Below, one piece after another: positions 29,321 to 38,376 of a stretch of DNA of 64,000 bases; positions within the stretch are counted from its first letter, which is position 1, and every line of letters starts with the position of its first letter. Source of the stretch: an uncultured Candidatus Saccharibacteria bacterium (GTDB taxonomy: Bacteria; Patescibacteriota; Doudnabacteria; UBA920); assembly GCA_964512925.1 (NCBI GenBank), contig CAZEKH010000003.1, forward strand, positions 80,772-144,771, written 5' to 3'. Under the pieces are notes generated by a model. That model searched no databases. It had not been told where the DNA came from and saw only the letters and a list, made by a program, of their open reading frames with translations. A program made the translations under genes and the position numbers.

Positions 29321-31450
29321 TTATAAATCATCTGCGCTAACTACTGGTTTTGTTATACATCGGCAATTAGTATGCAATGCGCCGGCCTCAATGTTCGCAT
29401 AGTTGAAATTCAATGTTTGACCATCTACCGTCAAGCTATCGCCTTTGTTAAAAAAGTTTTCTTCAATACCTATCTCTTTGCCGTCCATGTCGTTACAATA
29501 CGCGCAAACTAATTCATCCTCGGCCGTAAACCAGATTATTTTAGATATACCGTTCTGTTTCCAAGCTTCTTTGGCGGCAGTATTAGCCACTCGGAAAGTT
29601 TCGGTTTTAGCGACGGCTTCGGCGCGGCTTTTGTCGAAATACTCCTCAATTTCGGCTATACGATCCGGTATACTTACGCCGTCAGTTATTGCGGCTTCTA
29701 AACTTCCTTTTAAAAGTTCTTTCGTAACATCGCTATAACTTTGACCTAAAAGATTTATGGCTTTGTCTAAAGCTTTTTGGAGTTCGGGAGTGAATTTAAA
29801 ATCGTCCCTATTGATCAATTTTGCCCCCGCCAAGCCCTCTTTTTTGTAAAGTTCAGTAAGTGTTGGTTTATTTAAATCAACACTTAAAGTAACTATTTCG
29901 TCCTCGTCATACAGATCATCTGGATCAATTGCCTTGCTTTTTATTTTGTCGATATTTTTTCTAACCTGTTTAAAAATTTCTTTGTTTACCTTGCGCGTGT
30001 TTTCTGTCATTTGCTTTTCAAACGGGGCAACCCTTGACACCATACCTTTCCAAACCGCCTGCATTTTTTCCCGATTGAAATCCTTTTCGTTTTTAATAGG
30101 TATTTCCGAAACTGCTTTAATCGCACTAGCTACCAAATTATCCGCAACTTTGTTTATTGGATTTTCTTTCCTTGGCATTTTGTTTATAACAACGCCCTTT
30201 GCCTGCGGTTTGTATTTTTTTGTGCTTTTTACTGCTTCGCCTAAAGGAGATTTGCTAAAGTCGGTCATGACCGCATCGCCGTTAGCAATTGGTACTAAAC
30301 CGTGTTCTTCCCTAACCTCGTTAACAGTTTTATACGGCTGTTGGGCTAAAGCTGCCTGATCTTCTTCAATTTCCAACTGTTTATTTTCCGGCGTTGGATC
30401 TACATAACCTAAAACTAAATCCTCTCCAAATCTTGGGATTAAATAGGTATTGAAAAATTCGGTTATTAAATCTAACTTTGGTTTTATTGTTCTTGTGGCA
30501 AAAATATAGTCAGTAGCTTCGGCGTTAGCTCGGTTAACATCCTCTGTTAAACCCAAGACAGACTTAGGTACACGAAAACCTGCCATAATCTTGTCTCGCA
30601 TATCCTTAGAGCTATTTGTAAAATCCATTTCCTGCTGCGTACGCTGGGCAGGAGTAAATTTTGTACCCTGCGGCATTGCAACTGTTTTGTAGGCATTTTT
30701 AGATCCGGCGTGGAGTTCTTGAAACTTTGTAGCCATATAATCCAGCATTTCCGGGCTGGTATAATCCGAGCTTTCCAAGTAACCCCCAACCATTGCAAAA
30801 TTTTCAAAGAATTTTCGGTTAAATTCAGTAGCAAAATTATCGCTATCAATCCAGCCAGGTATGCCAGCAACTACGCCCATGCCGTCAAAAAGTTTTACCG
30901 GGGACGGATATCGGACGCATAAAACTTGGTCAATGGTATATTGCTGTGTTTTATCTGACCTAAGTGTGTATTTATAGCCTTTAATCAAGTCTTGAATTGT
31001 ATCCCCCATTATTGGGGTCAAATACTGCGGATAAAGCGGGTATATTCCTTTTGGCTTGCCCAAAGCATCAGTTACGCCGTCTAAATACAAATATGCTTTT
31101 CCTACCAAAACCAAATGCACACCCAACAAAAATTTAAGTTCCCATCCTGTCTGATAGCTGTTCGGCTTATTTAAAATATCTAAAAGTTCGTGGTTAAAAA
31201 TTTCTTCCTGCTCATCATTTTTGTTTGTTTTAAAAAGCCTAAATTTAGTTTTAGCAATTTCCTCGCCAATAACCGAAGCACAAGCATAAACCCAGCCATT
31301 ATATGCTTCCATTGCCGCGCGTGGGTCAATATCTTTGCCCGAAAGGATAGCCAAAAGCCCGCTGGAATTACCGGCAGCGGTCATGTAAGGCGCCAAGCCT
31401 TTTTTACTCAGATATCCGAGCTTTTCAAAAACTCGGTCTAAAAAATTCAT
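29321..31450 (-). CDS. portal protein fused to a MuF (SPP1 gp7-like) domain
   Basis: WVYACASVI, FRVPKSVLG, NRANAE, TVNEVRE; then RAEAVAKTE, CAYC, HTNCRC. Confidence 0.9.
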   Translation of the reverse strand: MNFLDRVFEKLGYLSKKGLAPYMTAAGNSSGLLAILSGKDIDPRAAMEAYNGWVYACASVIGEEIAKTKFRLFKTNKNDEQEEIFNHELLDILNKPNSYQTGWELKFLLGVHLVLVGKAYLYLDGVTDALGKPKGIYPLYPQYLTPIMGDTIQDLIKGYKYTLRSDKTQQYTIDQVLCVRYPSPVKLFDGMGVVAGIPGWIDSDNFATEFNRKFFENFAMVGGYLESSDYTSPEMLDYMATKFQELHAGSKNAYKTVAMPQGTKFTPAQRTQQEMDFTNSSKDMRDKIMAGFRVPKSVLGLTEDVNRANAEATDYIFATRTIKPKLDLITEFFNTYLIPRFGEDLVLGYVDPTPENKQLEIEEDQAALAQQPYKTVNEVREEHGLVPIANGDAVMTDFSKSPLGEAVKSTKKYKPQAKGVVINKMPRKENPINKVADNLVASAIKAVSEIPIKNEKDFNREKMQAVWKGMVSRVAPFEKQMTENTRKVNKEIFKQVRKNIDKIKSKAIDPDDLYDEDEIVTLSVDLNKPTLTELYKKEGLAGAKLINRDDFKFTPELQKALDKAINLLGQSYSDVTKELLKGSLEAAITDGVSIPDRIAEIEEYFDKSRAEAVAKTETFRVANTAAKEAWKQNGISKIIWFTAEDELVCAYCNDMDGKEIGIEENFFNKGDSLTVDGQTLNFNYANIEAGALHTNCRCITKPVVSADDL

Positions 31451-31566
31451 TGTGTTTGGTTTTTATTGCTTTTACCCGCTCTTGAAGTTTTTACAAACTT
31501 CCCGATTTTGCGGGTATTGCTTGGCATTGCCAGCGTTTTATGATCCTTCGGGAAAGGGTAAAGGCA

Positions 31567-31622
31567 ATAAAAAAAAGGACTTACGTCCGAAATCAAATTT
31601 AATTGATTCAAAACGTAAGTCC
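31567..31622 (-). terminator. intrinsic terminator in the late-operon leader
   Basis: GGACTTACGT...ACGTAAGTCC followed by T8. Confidence 0.8.
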
Positions 31623-31662
31623 TGCAGTGGTCTGCTCAGACGGATATTTATTTGTTACTTAC

Positions 31663-31691
31663 AACTTACACCCAATAAAAAAAATTGTCAA
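31663..31691 (-). promoter_or_regulatory. putative late promoter
   Basis: TTGACA-17 nt-TAAGTT; DnaA-box-like 9-mer at 31701-31709. Confidence 0.55.
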
Positions 31692-31709
31692 ATATATTTC
31701 TGTGGATAT

Positions 31710-31877
31710 CTAATTAAATCTTTTCCTGCGCAATAATTCCACTATTTCCACCGGCTCCCCATTATGAAAAATAACCCGAGCTTCGCCAAACGCCAAATGT
31801 TCAGCGGATATTTCCCTCATAAGCCAGTCCCATTGCGGGCTGACTTGCCGGGTTATTTTTTGGTTTACGGCTTCCAT
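31710..31877 (-). CDS. 55-aa DUF2292/YezD-like protein
   Basis: Manual translation MEAVNQKITRQVSPQWDWLMREISAEHLAFGEARVIFHNGEPVEIVELLRRKRFN; FGE-x4-HNG pattern. Confidence 0.65.
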   Translation of the reverse strand: MEAVNQKITRQVSPQWDWLMREISAEHLAFGEARVIFHNGEPVEIVELLRRKRFN

Positions 31878-31883
31878 TTTGTT

Positions 31884-33239
31884 TTATCCTAATACTCTAA
31901 ACTCTGGCAGTCTTAATTTTTTTATTTCAAATACCATTCGCATTATAAAAGTATCCAGTAAGTCGGGGGATCTGCCTATTTTCTTTTTGATCTCGTCTTT
32001 GAGTATAATTTTAAACTTCCCGTCTTTATCCGCGTCTTTGCTTTTTAATTGCTCAAATTCCTGTATGAGTTCCTTTTTGATTTTTTCTTCCGCAATAGAA
32101 ACTTTGATTTTACGGCCGTTACACAACTCGGCCAGCTTATAAGCGCATTGGGCTTTCAAATTTTCGTAATTTTCGGGCTTCCTTGTTACCGGGTTAATTG
32201 TTGGCTGGGTATTAGCCATAAATCCCCTACACCCGGGCAAGCCGTCCACCACCCCGCCGCCAACACCGTCCTCGTCAACAACTATGTGGCTACGCGGTAT
32301 TTTTTCAAGTTCCTGTAATTGTTTGGCAAACTCTATGGTTTGCTGGGTAGAAAATTTTTGTTTAATAATCAATTTTTCGCAATGCAAACCTTTCCAAATT
32401 GCAAACACTGTTTTATCTTTTCCAAAACGCGCCACGTCAATACTTAAATACTTTTCTTCTACAACTTCAATCGGGTTAGTAAATAAATCAATTATAATCT
32501 CGTAAGCAATCATAACACTTGGATCGTCATCATATTCCCAATTTCCAAACATTAAACGCTCTTTTGTTGACGGGTTTGATATACTTTCCAGCTGGGTTTT
32601 ATATTGGCCCGCGGTGTAATTATTATCGCCAAACAAGGACTGTATAAAAGCATATTCCGGGGGTAGTCTACCCTCTTTCCACGGCAAATAAAAAGTGTTG
32701 TACAGCCAATTTTTTTTTGGGTTACAGGTACTTAAAATTTTAGGCGGGATATTATAAATCTCATTCATGTGCCGGCCAACTGCCGCTTTTAAACGATCAA
32801 ATGCCTCAAACTCAATTTCGCCCGCTTCCTCCACCCACCCCCCTGTATATTCCAAAGATCCAAACCTTTCAAACAATGGGTCACTGGGTAGGTATTTTAA
32901 ATCTAAAAAATCAATTCTACTTCCTTTTGCCCTACCGTCAATAAATTCTATGTAGTTATATTTCCCGTTTAGCTTCCAGTCCGTTCTTGGTATGCCATGC
33001 TTTTTAAAAACTTTCATTAAAGTTAAAAAAGTCGTTTGATATAACCGCGTCAATTCCTCACGGCCAATAAACCAGCGGGTTTCCGGGTAAAAATAACAGT
33101 TGGTAGTTTCCCATTCAGATCCTAACCAAGACTTTCCCCCGCCCGCTCCACCACCGAACATTGGATATTTAATTATTGGGTCTTTCAATGCTTGGTACGC
33201 TAGATGCTGTTTCCAAGTCGGTTTTATTATTGGGATCAT
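31884..33239 (-). CDS. terminase large subunit
   Basis: GGGAGGGKS Walker A, WVEEA Walker B, TCNP, IDVARFGKD, GRSPDLLD. Confidence 0.93.
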   Translation of the reverse strand: MIPIIKPTWKQHLAYQALKDPIIKYPMFGGGAGGGKSWLGSEWETTNCYFYPETRWFIGREELTRLYQTTFLTLMKVFKKHGIPRTDWKLNGKYNYIEFIDGRAKGSRIDFLDLKYLPSDPLFERFGSLEYTGGWVEEAGEIEFEAFDRLKAAVGRHMNEIYNIPPKILSTCNPKKNWLYNTFYLPWKEGRLPPEYAFIQSLFGDNNYTAGQYKTQLESISNPSTKERLMFGNWEYDDDPSVMIAYEIIIDLFTNPIEVVEEKYLSIDVARFGKDKTVFAIWKGLHCEKLIIKQKFSTQQTIEFAKQLQELEKIPRSHIVVDEDGVGGGVVDGLPGCRGFMANTQPTINPVTRKPENYENLKAQCAYKLAELCNGRKIKVSIAEEKIKKELIQEFEQLKSKDADKDGKFKIILKDEIKKKIGRSPDLLDTFIMRMVFEIKKLRLPEFRVLG

Positions 33240-33657
33240 TTGGAATTATGTATTGAAAACCAGTTATGCGGTTGTCGTTTATTTGTATGTTGTTTTGTAT
33301 CGTTGGCTTGTCCGGGTTGCCCAGTGTATACCTTAAAATAATCTCGGCCGCGGTGTTCGCTGGCGCGCCGTAACCCTTAGCGGCAACAATGCGCGATCTA
33401 ACAATATCCGGCAGGTGACCAAACATCATATCCAAAGCCTCCTCAATACTATTTTTTTTAGCCGTTTCTTTCCATTGCTCGTATAAATCGTGTAATACCC
33501 CATTCTTTGAAAATAATCTTTTAACGTGGGAATGCGAATAATTGGTCTTTGCCGCTATCTGCTCATAATTAAGCCCCATAAATCTTAAATACAACATTTC
33601 GTAATATGCTGTTGGGACTAGCGTTTTAGTATCATTTGGTATTATTTGTTCAGCCAT
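33169..33657 (-). CDS. putative terminase small subunit
   Basis: N-terminal HTH (GLNYEQIAAKTNYS); directly upstream of TerL. Confidence 0.65.
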   Translation of the reverse strand: MAEQIIPNDTKTLVPTAYYEMLYLRFMGLNYEQIAAKTNYSHSHVKRLFSKNGVLHDLYEQWKETAKKNSIEEALDMMFGHLPDIVRSRIVAAKGYGAPANTAAEIILRYTLGNPDKPTIQNNIQINDNRITGFQYIIPNDPNNKTDLETASSVPSIERPNN

Positions 33658-34204
33658 TTTGTTTTGCTTTGTAAATCGACTTTATTTTAAATTGCTCTCT
33701 AAATTTTTTATCATAATCGGCATGGCATTTAATACAAAGCCTTACCCAATCACTCTTTAGCCTTTTATACTGTTGGCTCTTATTTGCCCACTGAATAGAT
33801 TTTGGCTTTAGAAATATATTCTTGCAGTGTTCGCACTTATTGGGATTACCTAAAACCCTAACTACCCATTTGTGCAAACCATGGTAGCCAACTTTATCGC
33901 CTTTCCAAAAGTAACTTTTCTCAAATTCATATTTGCCCTTTTTTGCACTGGATAATTTGGCCTTATGAAAATCGGTGAAGGGTTTGCCGGTTTGGGCAAG
34001 GAATTTACATTTATTTGAGCAAAACTTTTTGTTATGCCAGTAATAAAACTGCTTTTTGCAAAAGGCACACGATTTCCATTTTGCTGTTGATTTTCCATAG
34101 CAAACACGACTACAAAACTTTTGTATTCTAGTTTTGCAATCTTTTGTAGAAATAAACTCCTTATTGCATTGTTGGCATTTTTTTACTTTCATTTTCAAAT
34201 TCAA
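33650..34204 (-). CDS. HNH homing endonuclease-like protein with Cys repeats
   Basis: CxxC/FCSxxC repeats; WKGDKVGYHGLHKWV, CEHC, WAN, LCIKCH. Confidence 0.72.
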   Translation of the reverse strand: MNLKMKVKKCQQCNKEFISTKDCKTRIQKFCSRVCYGKSTAKWKSCAFCKKQFYYWHNKKFCSNKCKFLAQTGKPFTDFHKAKLSSAKKGKYEFEKSYFWKGDKVGYHGLHKWVVRVLGNPNKCEHCKNIFLKPKSIQWANKSQQYKRLKSDWVRLCIKCHADYDKKFREQFKIKSIYKAKQNG

Positions 34205-34664
34205 AATTACAGTTCGGACACTTAATCATTTTAACAGTTTTAGGGGGTTTCGGGGTTGTTTCCGATTCTGCCTTAATACTATTGCCATTTAATTCTAAAT
34301 CCGAAAATCCACAATCTTTTAGTAGGTCAACCTCAAAACTATTGGCTAAAAGTTCAAAATCAAAACTTCCTTCATGCCTATTACTTTCAATAGCCACCGC
34401 ATCCCGTTCTTTTTCAGTAAGTGCGCGGTTCGGAATAATGCAGTCAACCTCTGTCACACCTAATTGCAATAGTGCGGTTTTGCGCTGGTTACCGGAAAGT
34501 ACAGTATTGTCTGTATCAATTTTTATAACATCGTGAAAGCCGCGCTCTACTATTCTTTGCTTAAGCCTTTTAAAAGCTTCCTCAGTTATAATGCGCGGGT
34601 TTTTGTCCCAGCTTTTTAATTCCGAAACTTTGCGCTTTTCTATGTACCAAGATAGTTGATCCAT
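34161..34664 (-). CDS. ParB/Srx N-terminal domain protein
   Basis: KNPRII, LSGNQR; C-terminal CPNC. Confidence 0.78.
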   Translation of the reverse strand: MDQLSWYIEKRKVSELKSWDKNPRIITEEAFKRLKQRIVERGFHDVIKIDTDNTVLSGNQRKTALLQLGVTEVDCIIPNRALTEKERDAVAIESNRHEGSFDFELLANSFEVDLLKDCGFSDLELNGNSIKAESETTPKPPKTVKMIKCPNCNFEFENESKKMPTMQ

Positions 34665-34678
34665 ATTTTTTAGTTTTG

Positions 34679-34999
34679 CTATTTTAAATGTTTAATTTTA
34701 ATTGGCAGCACAATATAAAATCTTTTTTTAGCAATGTAAAAATTCCACTGGTGAAGTATAATCTCCCAATGATTAAAAAAATCATATTCCCAAAAAATAC
34801 CTTTGTAGTTTGACTTTGTTAATTGTGTGCCTTCCTCTGGGAAAGATAGTAATTTAAAGCAAGCCAATTGTATATAAGGAAAAAACCCTTTTTTCCAAGG
34901 AACATTTTTAGAGATTATAAATCTAAAAGGAACATTTTTAGAGATTATAAATCTAAATTGCCACTGATTTAATTTTCTTTCTATTTTTCCAATTTGCAT
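34679..34999 (-). CDS. hypothetical protein with a 10-aa duplication
   Basis: FRFIISKNVP twice. Confidence 0.5.
   Translation of the reverse strand: MQIGKIERKLNQWQFRFIISKNVPFRFIISKNVPWKKGFFPYIQLACFKLLSFPEEGTQLTKSNYKGIFWEYDFFNHWEIILHQWNFYIAKKRFYIVLPIKIKHLK
34897..34956. repeat. exact 30-bp tandem duplication
   Basis: AAGGAACATTTTTAGAGATTATAAATCTAA x2. Confidence 0.9.
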
Positions 35000-35055
35000 T
35001 TGATTTTACTAGCCGCGAAAAATCTAGAGTTTCTCGCGGCTATCGACCTTAATTG

Positions 35056-35499
35056 TTAAACCAACTTTTTGACTAATTCTATACGCTCCATATTAAAGTC
35101 AAAATTCTTAAAACTTAATTCAGCTTGCATTAGTCTGTTTTTTATATCGTCAGGAAAAATTTTGGTTTCATTCTCCAACGCCTCTAATTCCTTACTTAAA
35201 GTTTTAACCTCTTCCCTGATTTCTTTTTTGTGATAATCAGGATTTTGACCGGCAGACAAAGCTTCAATTTCCTTATTTTTAACTTCAATCAGTGTTGGTA
35301 ATTCCTCAAGCCTTTTTTTAGCCCTTTTTACACTTTCCAGATGATCCAGACCTTCGATTAAAAATTTAAACGCCTGTTGACCATAAAAATTTAAAAATTC
35401 ACCTCTGACTTTGTCTTTTTGTTCAGAGCCGTTTATAACCTTTAAACACTCCGAGTATTTAGTTTCTACAGTTTCGAGCGTTAATTCTTTATTTTCCAT
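35056..35499 (-). CDS. hypothetical coiled-coil protein
   Basis: Helical E/K-rich ORF; likely ATG at 35499. Confidence 0.6.
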   Translation of the reverse strand: MENKELTLETVETKYSECLKVINGSEQKDKVRGEFLNFYGQQAFKFLIEGLDHLESVKRAKKRLEELPTLIEVKNKEIEALSAGQNPDYHKKEIREEVKTLSKELEALENETKIFPDDIKNRLMQAELSFKNFDFNMERIELVKKLV

Positions 35500-35601
35500 A
35501 TTTATTTCCCTTTCGCACACTCTTTACAGAGTGGCTTATTTTTAATTTTAGATTTAAAATGTTGCTTGCATTTTATACAAACACATTTATTTTTTTTGTT
35601 A

Positions 35602-35766
35602 CTACTCATCTTTTTCTGTCATTTTAAAAAATTGATTTAGTGTTATAGACACAAAAGTAGCACCTAAAAGCCAATACGGGGGTGTCCATACATGGGAAAA
35701 AAACAAAACCGTAAAAGTAAAATATAAACAGAAAAATATAAATTCTAACAGCTTAATCCAATCCAT
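35602..35766 (-). CDS. 54-aa membrane protein
   Basis: Manual translation MDWIKLLEFIFFCLYFTFTVLFFSHVWTPPYWLLGATFV... Confidence 0.45.
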   Translation of the reverse strand: MDWIKLLEFIFFCLYFTFTVLFFSHVWTPPYWLLGATFVSITLNQFFKMTEKDE

Positions 35767-35770
35767 AGTT

Positions 35771-36145
35771 TTAATTTTCTTTAATTGTTATTAGAACCTC
35801 GACCTTTGGTTTGCCATCAATGGCAATTTGGCTTTTAAATGATCCGTCTAAATTGTTGTCATTAACAAACAGTGCGTCAGCAATACCCTTAAAAATGTTG
35901 TCCGGATCTGCGTGTTTTCCGTTTTTCCAATAAATATCCAAATGCATTTCAGCTTTTATTTTGCTAGTAAAAATTACTGGGCTTAACCTAGTTTGCCTTT
36001 TAAATTCAGCCCTTACATATTCTTTCCAGTTGTAATACCTCCTAGCCGCCGGCAACCACAAAGCGCGTCCTACAACCCGAACATACGGGATAGGACTTCC
36101 GTCCTGTTTTTCTTGGTTTCCATAAATTGTAAATTTTATTTGCAT
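35771..36145 (-). CDS. rusA: RusA-like Holliday junction resolvase
   Basis: DPDNIFKGIADAL...ND motif. Confidence 0.82.
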   Translation of the reverse strand: MQIKFTIYGNQEKQDGSPIPYVRVVGRALWLPAARRYYNWKEYVRAEFKRQTRLSPVIFTSKIKAEMHLDIYWKNGKHADPDNIFKGIADALFVNDNNLDGSFKSQIAIDGKPKVEVLITIKEN

Positions 36146-36153
36146 TTATTTTT

Positions 36154-36345
36154 TTAATAAAGTTTTTTTGTAGAAAAATGGTAAAATTCTCCGTCTTTTG
36201 ATACAAAATATCTAATTTTTGTTTTTTTATTAGCATTTTCTTCAAAAGAAGCCCACGCACTTAACATACTTATTAAAGAATCTAGCGCACATTCCCTTCT
36301 AAATTTAGATCCAAATTCTGCTGTTATAGTTATGTTTATTAACAT
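36154..36345 (-). CDS. hypothetical protein
   Basis: 63-aa ORF packed in the operon. Confidence 0.45.
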   Translation of the reverse strand: MLINITITAEFGSKFRRECALDSLISMLSAWASFEENANKKTKIRYFVSKDGEFYHFSTKKLY

Positions 36346-36439
36346 TTTTTATGTTTTAATTTTCTCAAAACAAACCCTCAAAAATTCCCCCAAGAACCAA
36401 CCAAAAGCAAAACCTATAAAGTATTTTTCCATATTTTTT

Positions 36440-36691
36440 TTATTGATAATATCCTAATTCTTTTGCTTTAGCTGCTATCTTTAAAAATGCTTTTCCGACA
36501 TTTTCAATTGCACTGACTTTCCGCCCGCGCCCTTGTTTATATTCTTTCCCAAAAACTAACTTTGTGTCGCCCTCCTTGCTTTCAATTATCACCCTCCCGT
36601 TCGGTTTTATTTCAAAATGTAAATTAACCATATTTTTTTCTTCCGGGGCCAGCCCAGTTTCCCAATCAACTAAAACATATCCGCGTGTCAT
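36440..36691 (-). CDS. hypothetical protein
   Basis: 83-aa ORF, ATGA overlap with the exonuclease gene. Confidence 0.55.
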   Translation of the reverse strand: MTRGYVLVDWETGLAPEEKNMVNLHFEIKPNGRVIIESKEGDTKLVFGKEYKQGRGRKVSAIENVGKAFLKIAAKAKELGYYQ

Positions 36692-37371
36692 TTTAGATAA
36701 TGGTTAATTGTAAATTTTAAATCTTCGCTTAAATTATCTTGATATTTTAGCCATATTAAATAATCTTTCGGAATATCCTTAAATTCTTTTCCTTGGTGTT
36801 TTCCAAAACCAATGAGACGTAACAACACTGGCTTTTCTGTCCACTCGAGCATTTTTTCAATTATTTGCGCCTGGCTTAATTCCGGATTTTCCCGAACCAT
36901 AAAATGCACCAAATAATTAAATAGCGCCTCCAAAACTTCAATATCCCCCTCCGCATCGTGCGCCCGTACTTGTGTAACATCAAGGCCAAAGTTATACCGT
37001 AAAAATTGCAATTTATACATTGAAAGGTCAAATAAATTTTGTACAACTTTCAAAGTATCAATCATCTTTCCAACTTTTAAACCCTCCCTGCTTAAAATTT
37101 CCGCATCAAAAGCCGCATTGTGGGCAACCATTATCACCTGATTTAAATCTGCCTGTAATTTATTTCTAATATCGCTTCCAATAAATGACTCCTTGTTTTC
37201 CACCATTTCATTTGTGATATGGTGGACGCTCATAGCCTCAAAACTAATTGGCACTGGCGGTTTAAAAAGCAAGTTAGCTTTAATCTGCCCGCATTTGTAG
37301 GCCAGTTGCACCAACCGGGCATTTTCATCTTTTCCAGTAGTTTCTGTATCGAGAAATAATAAATTATTCAT
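36688..37371 (-). CDS. DEDDh 3'-5' exonuclease (ExoX-like)
   Basis: LDTETTG, VAHNAAFD, AHDAEGD; C-terminal FGKHQG...IPKDYLIWL. Confidence 0.88.
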   Translation of the reverse strand: MNNLLFLDTETTGKDENARLVQLAYKCGQIKANLLFKPPVPISFEAMSVHHITNEMVENKESFIGSDIRNKLQADLNQVIMVAHNAAFDAEILSREGLKVGKMIDTLKVVQNLFDLSMYKLQFLRYNFGLDVTQVRAHDAEGDIEVLEALFNYLVHFMVRENPELSQAQIIEKMLEWTEKPVLLRLIGFGKHQGKEFKDIPKDYLIWLKYQDNLSEDLKFTINHYLK

Positions 37372-37528
37372 TTTGAAATAATGTTAATTGATTCGGATCT
37401 ACTACATTACCCTTACACTTTTTGCAAACTCTTACCTTAGCTTTTTTCCGTTTAAAGCTATGCCGATTTTGTTTTCCGCATTGTTCACACGTGTAATAGT
37501 AAAGCCTGCGCTCTTTAAAAATTCTCAT
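37364..37528 (-). CDS. 54-aa zinc-ribbon protein
   Basis: Manual translation MRIFKERRLYYTCEQCGKQ...VCKKCKGNVVDPNQLTLF. Confidence 0.55.
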   Translation of the reverse strand: MRIFKERRLYYYTCEQCGKQNRHSFKRKKAKVRVCKKCKGNVVDPNQLTLFQNE

Positions 37529-37835
37529 GTATTGAATAATTATATTTTGTTTTTATTTCCCCATTTTCTTTTACAGCGGTTTTTGAAATTTTAACTTTTT
37601 GGTTATTTTCAAAAACAAACTCACACTTACTCAAGTCAATCCCGGCGCCGGCTAAATACTCGATATAAACTAAAAACCAGTTTTTACCCGCACCCTCAAT
37701 ATCCTGTCCGCTTGAGTCCGTAACAAACGACTGCCCGGTGTTATAAATTAAAACCTTTATGCTTTTATCCCCTTTTAACTCCGTAACAGTTTTATTTTTG
37801 CCAAAGATTTTAGACAGCATGTTTTTGAGTTTCAT
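37515..37835 (-). CDS. hypothetical protein
   Basis: ORF packed in the operon; likely ATG at 37835. Confidence 0.55.
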   Translation of the reverse strand: MKLKNMLSKIFGKNKTVTELKGDKSIKVLIYNTGQSFVTDSSGQDIEGAGKNWFLVYIEYLAGAGIDLSKCEFVFENNQKVKISKTAVKENGEIKTKYNYSIHENF

Positions 37836-37836
37836 T

Positions 37837-38376
37837 TTAATGTTGTACATTAATTTTTCGTGGTTTAGTAAATTTATATGGGTTTTTGTTTGATTGCTGT
37901 TCACTTTTTGTTGCCCATTTACAATTTTTTATTTCGTAATTACCATTGTTATTTATTCTATCTATTGATGTATTTTTTTCACCAAATTCTAAACAATGTT
38001 TTAAATAAGCTTTAAGCATGTCGTCTCTGAAATTTTCAAATTTAATCCACCGTTCGCAAATTTTTATACCTCGTCCACCATATTTAGAGTAGTGAGAATC
38101 AAAAGTATTTAAACAACGCCTTTTCATTCCGTCCCAAATTCTATAAAATCTAGTTTTTTTCATTCCATGAGTTTTGCTTTGTTTAATTAACTTATTATTT
38201 CTATAACATCCACAACTAATCACTTTTCCTGCTCTTAAATCACCGGTACGCATGGTTGTTTTATTTCCACATTCACAAACACATTCCCATAAATACTGAT
38301 AAAATTTATCTTTTCCAATACATTTTATTACCAGTAATTTATTAACTTTTTTGCCTGTTAAATTTATTCTATTTAT
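37837..38376 (-). CDS. HNH homing endonuclease-like protein (apparent ATA start)
   Basis: NLTGKK...WECVCECGN...SCGC, YRIWDGMKRRC, YGGRGIKICERW, SIDRINNNGNY...NCKWAT. Confidence 0.8.
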   Translation of the reverse strand: MNRINLTGKKVNKLLVIKCIGKDKFYQYLWECVCECGNKTTMRTGDLRAGKVISCGCYRNNKLIKQSKTHGMKKTRFYRIWDGMKRRCLNTFDSHYSKYGGRGIKICERWIKFENFRDDMLKAYLKHCLEFGEKNTSIDRINNNGNYEIKNCKWATKSEQQSNKNPYKFTKPRKINVQH

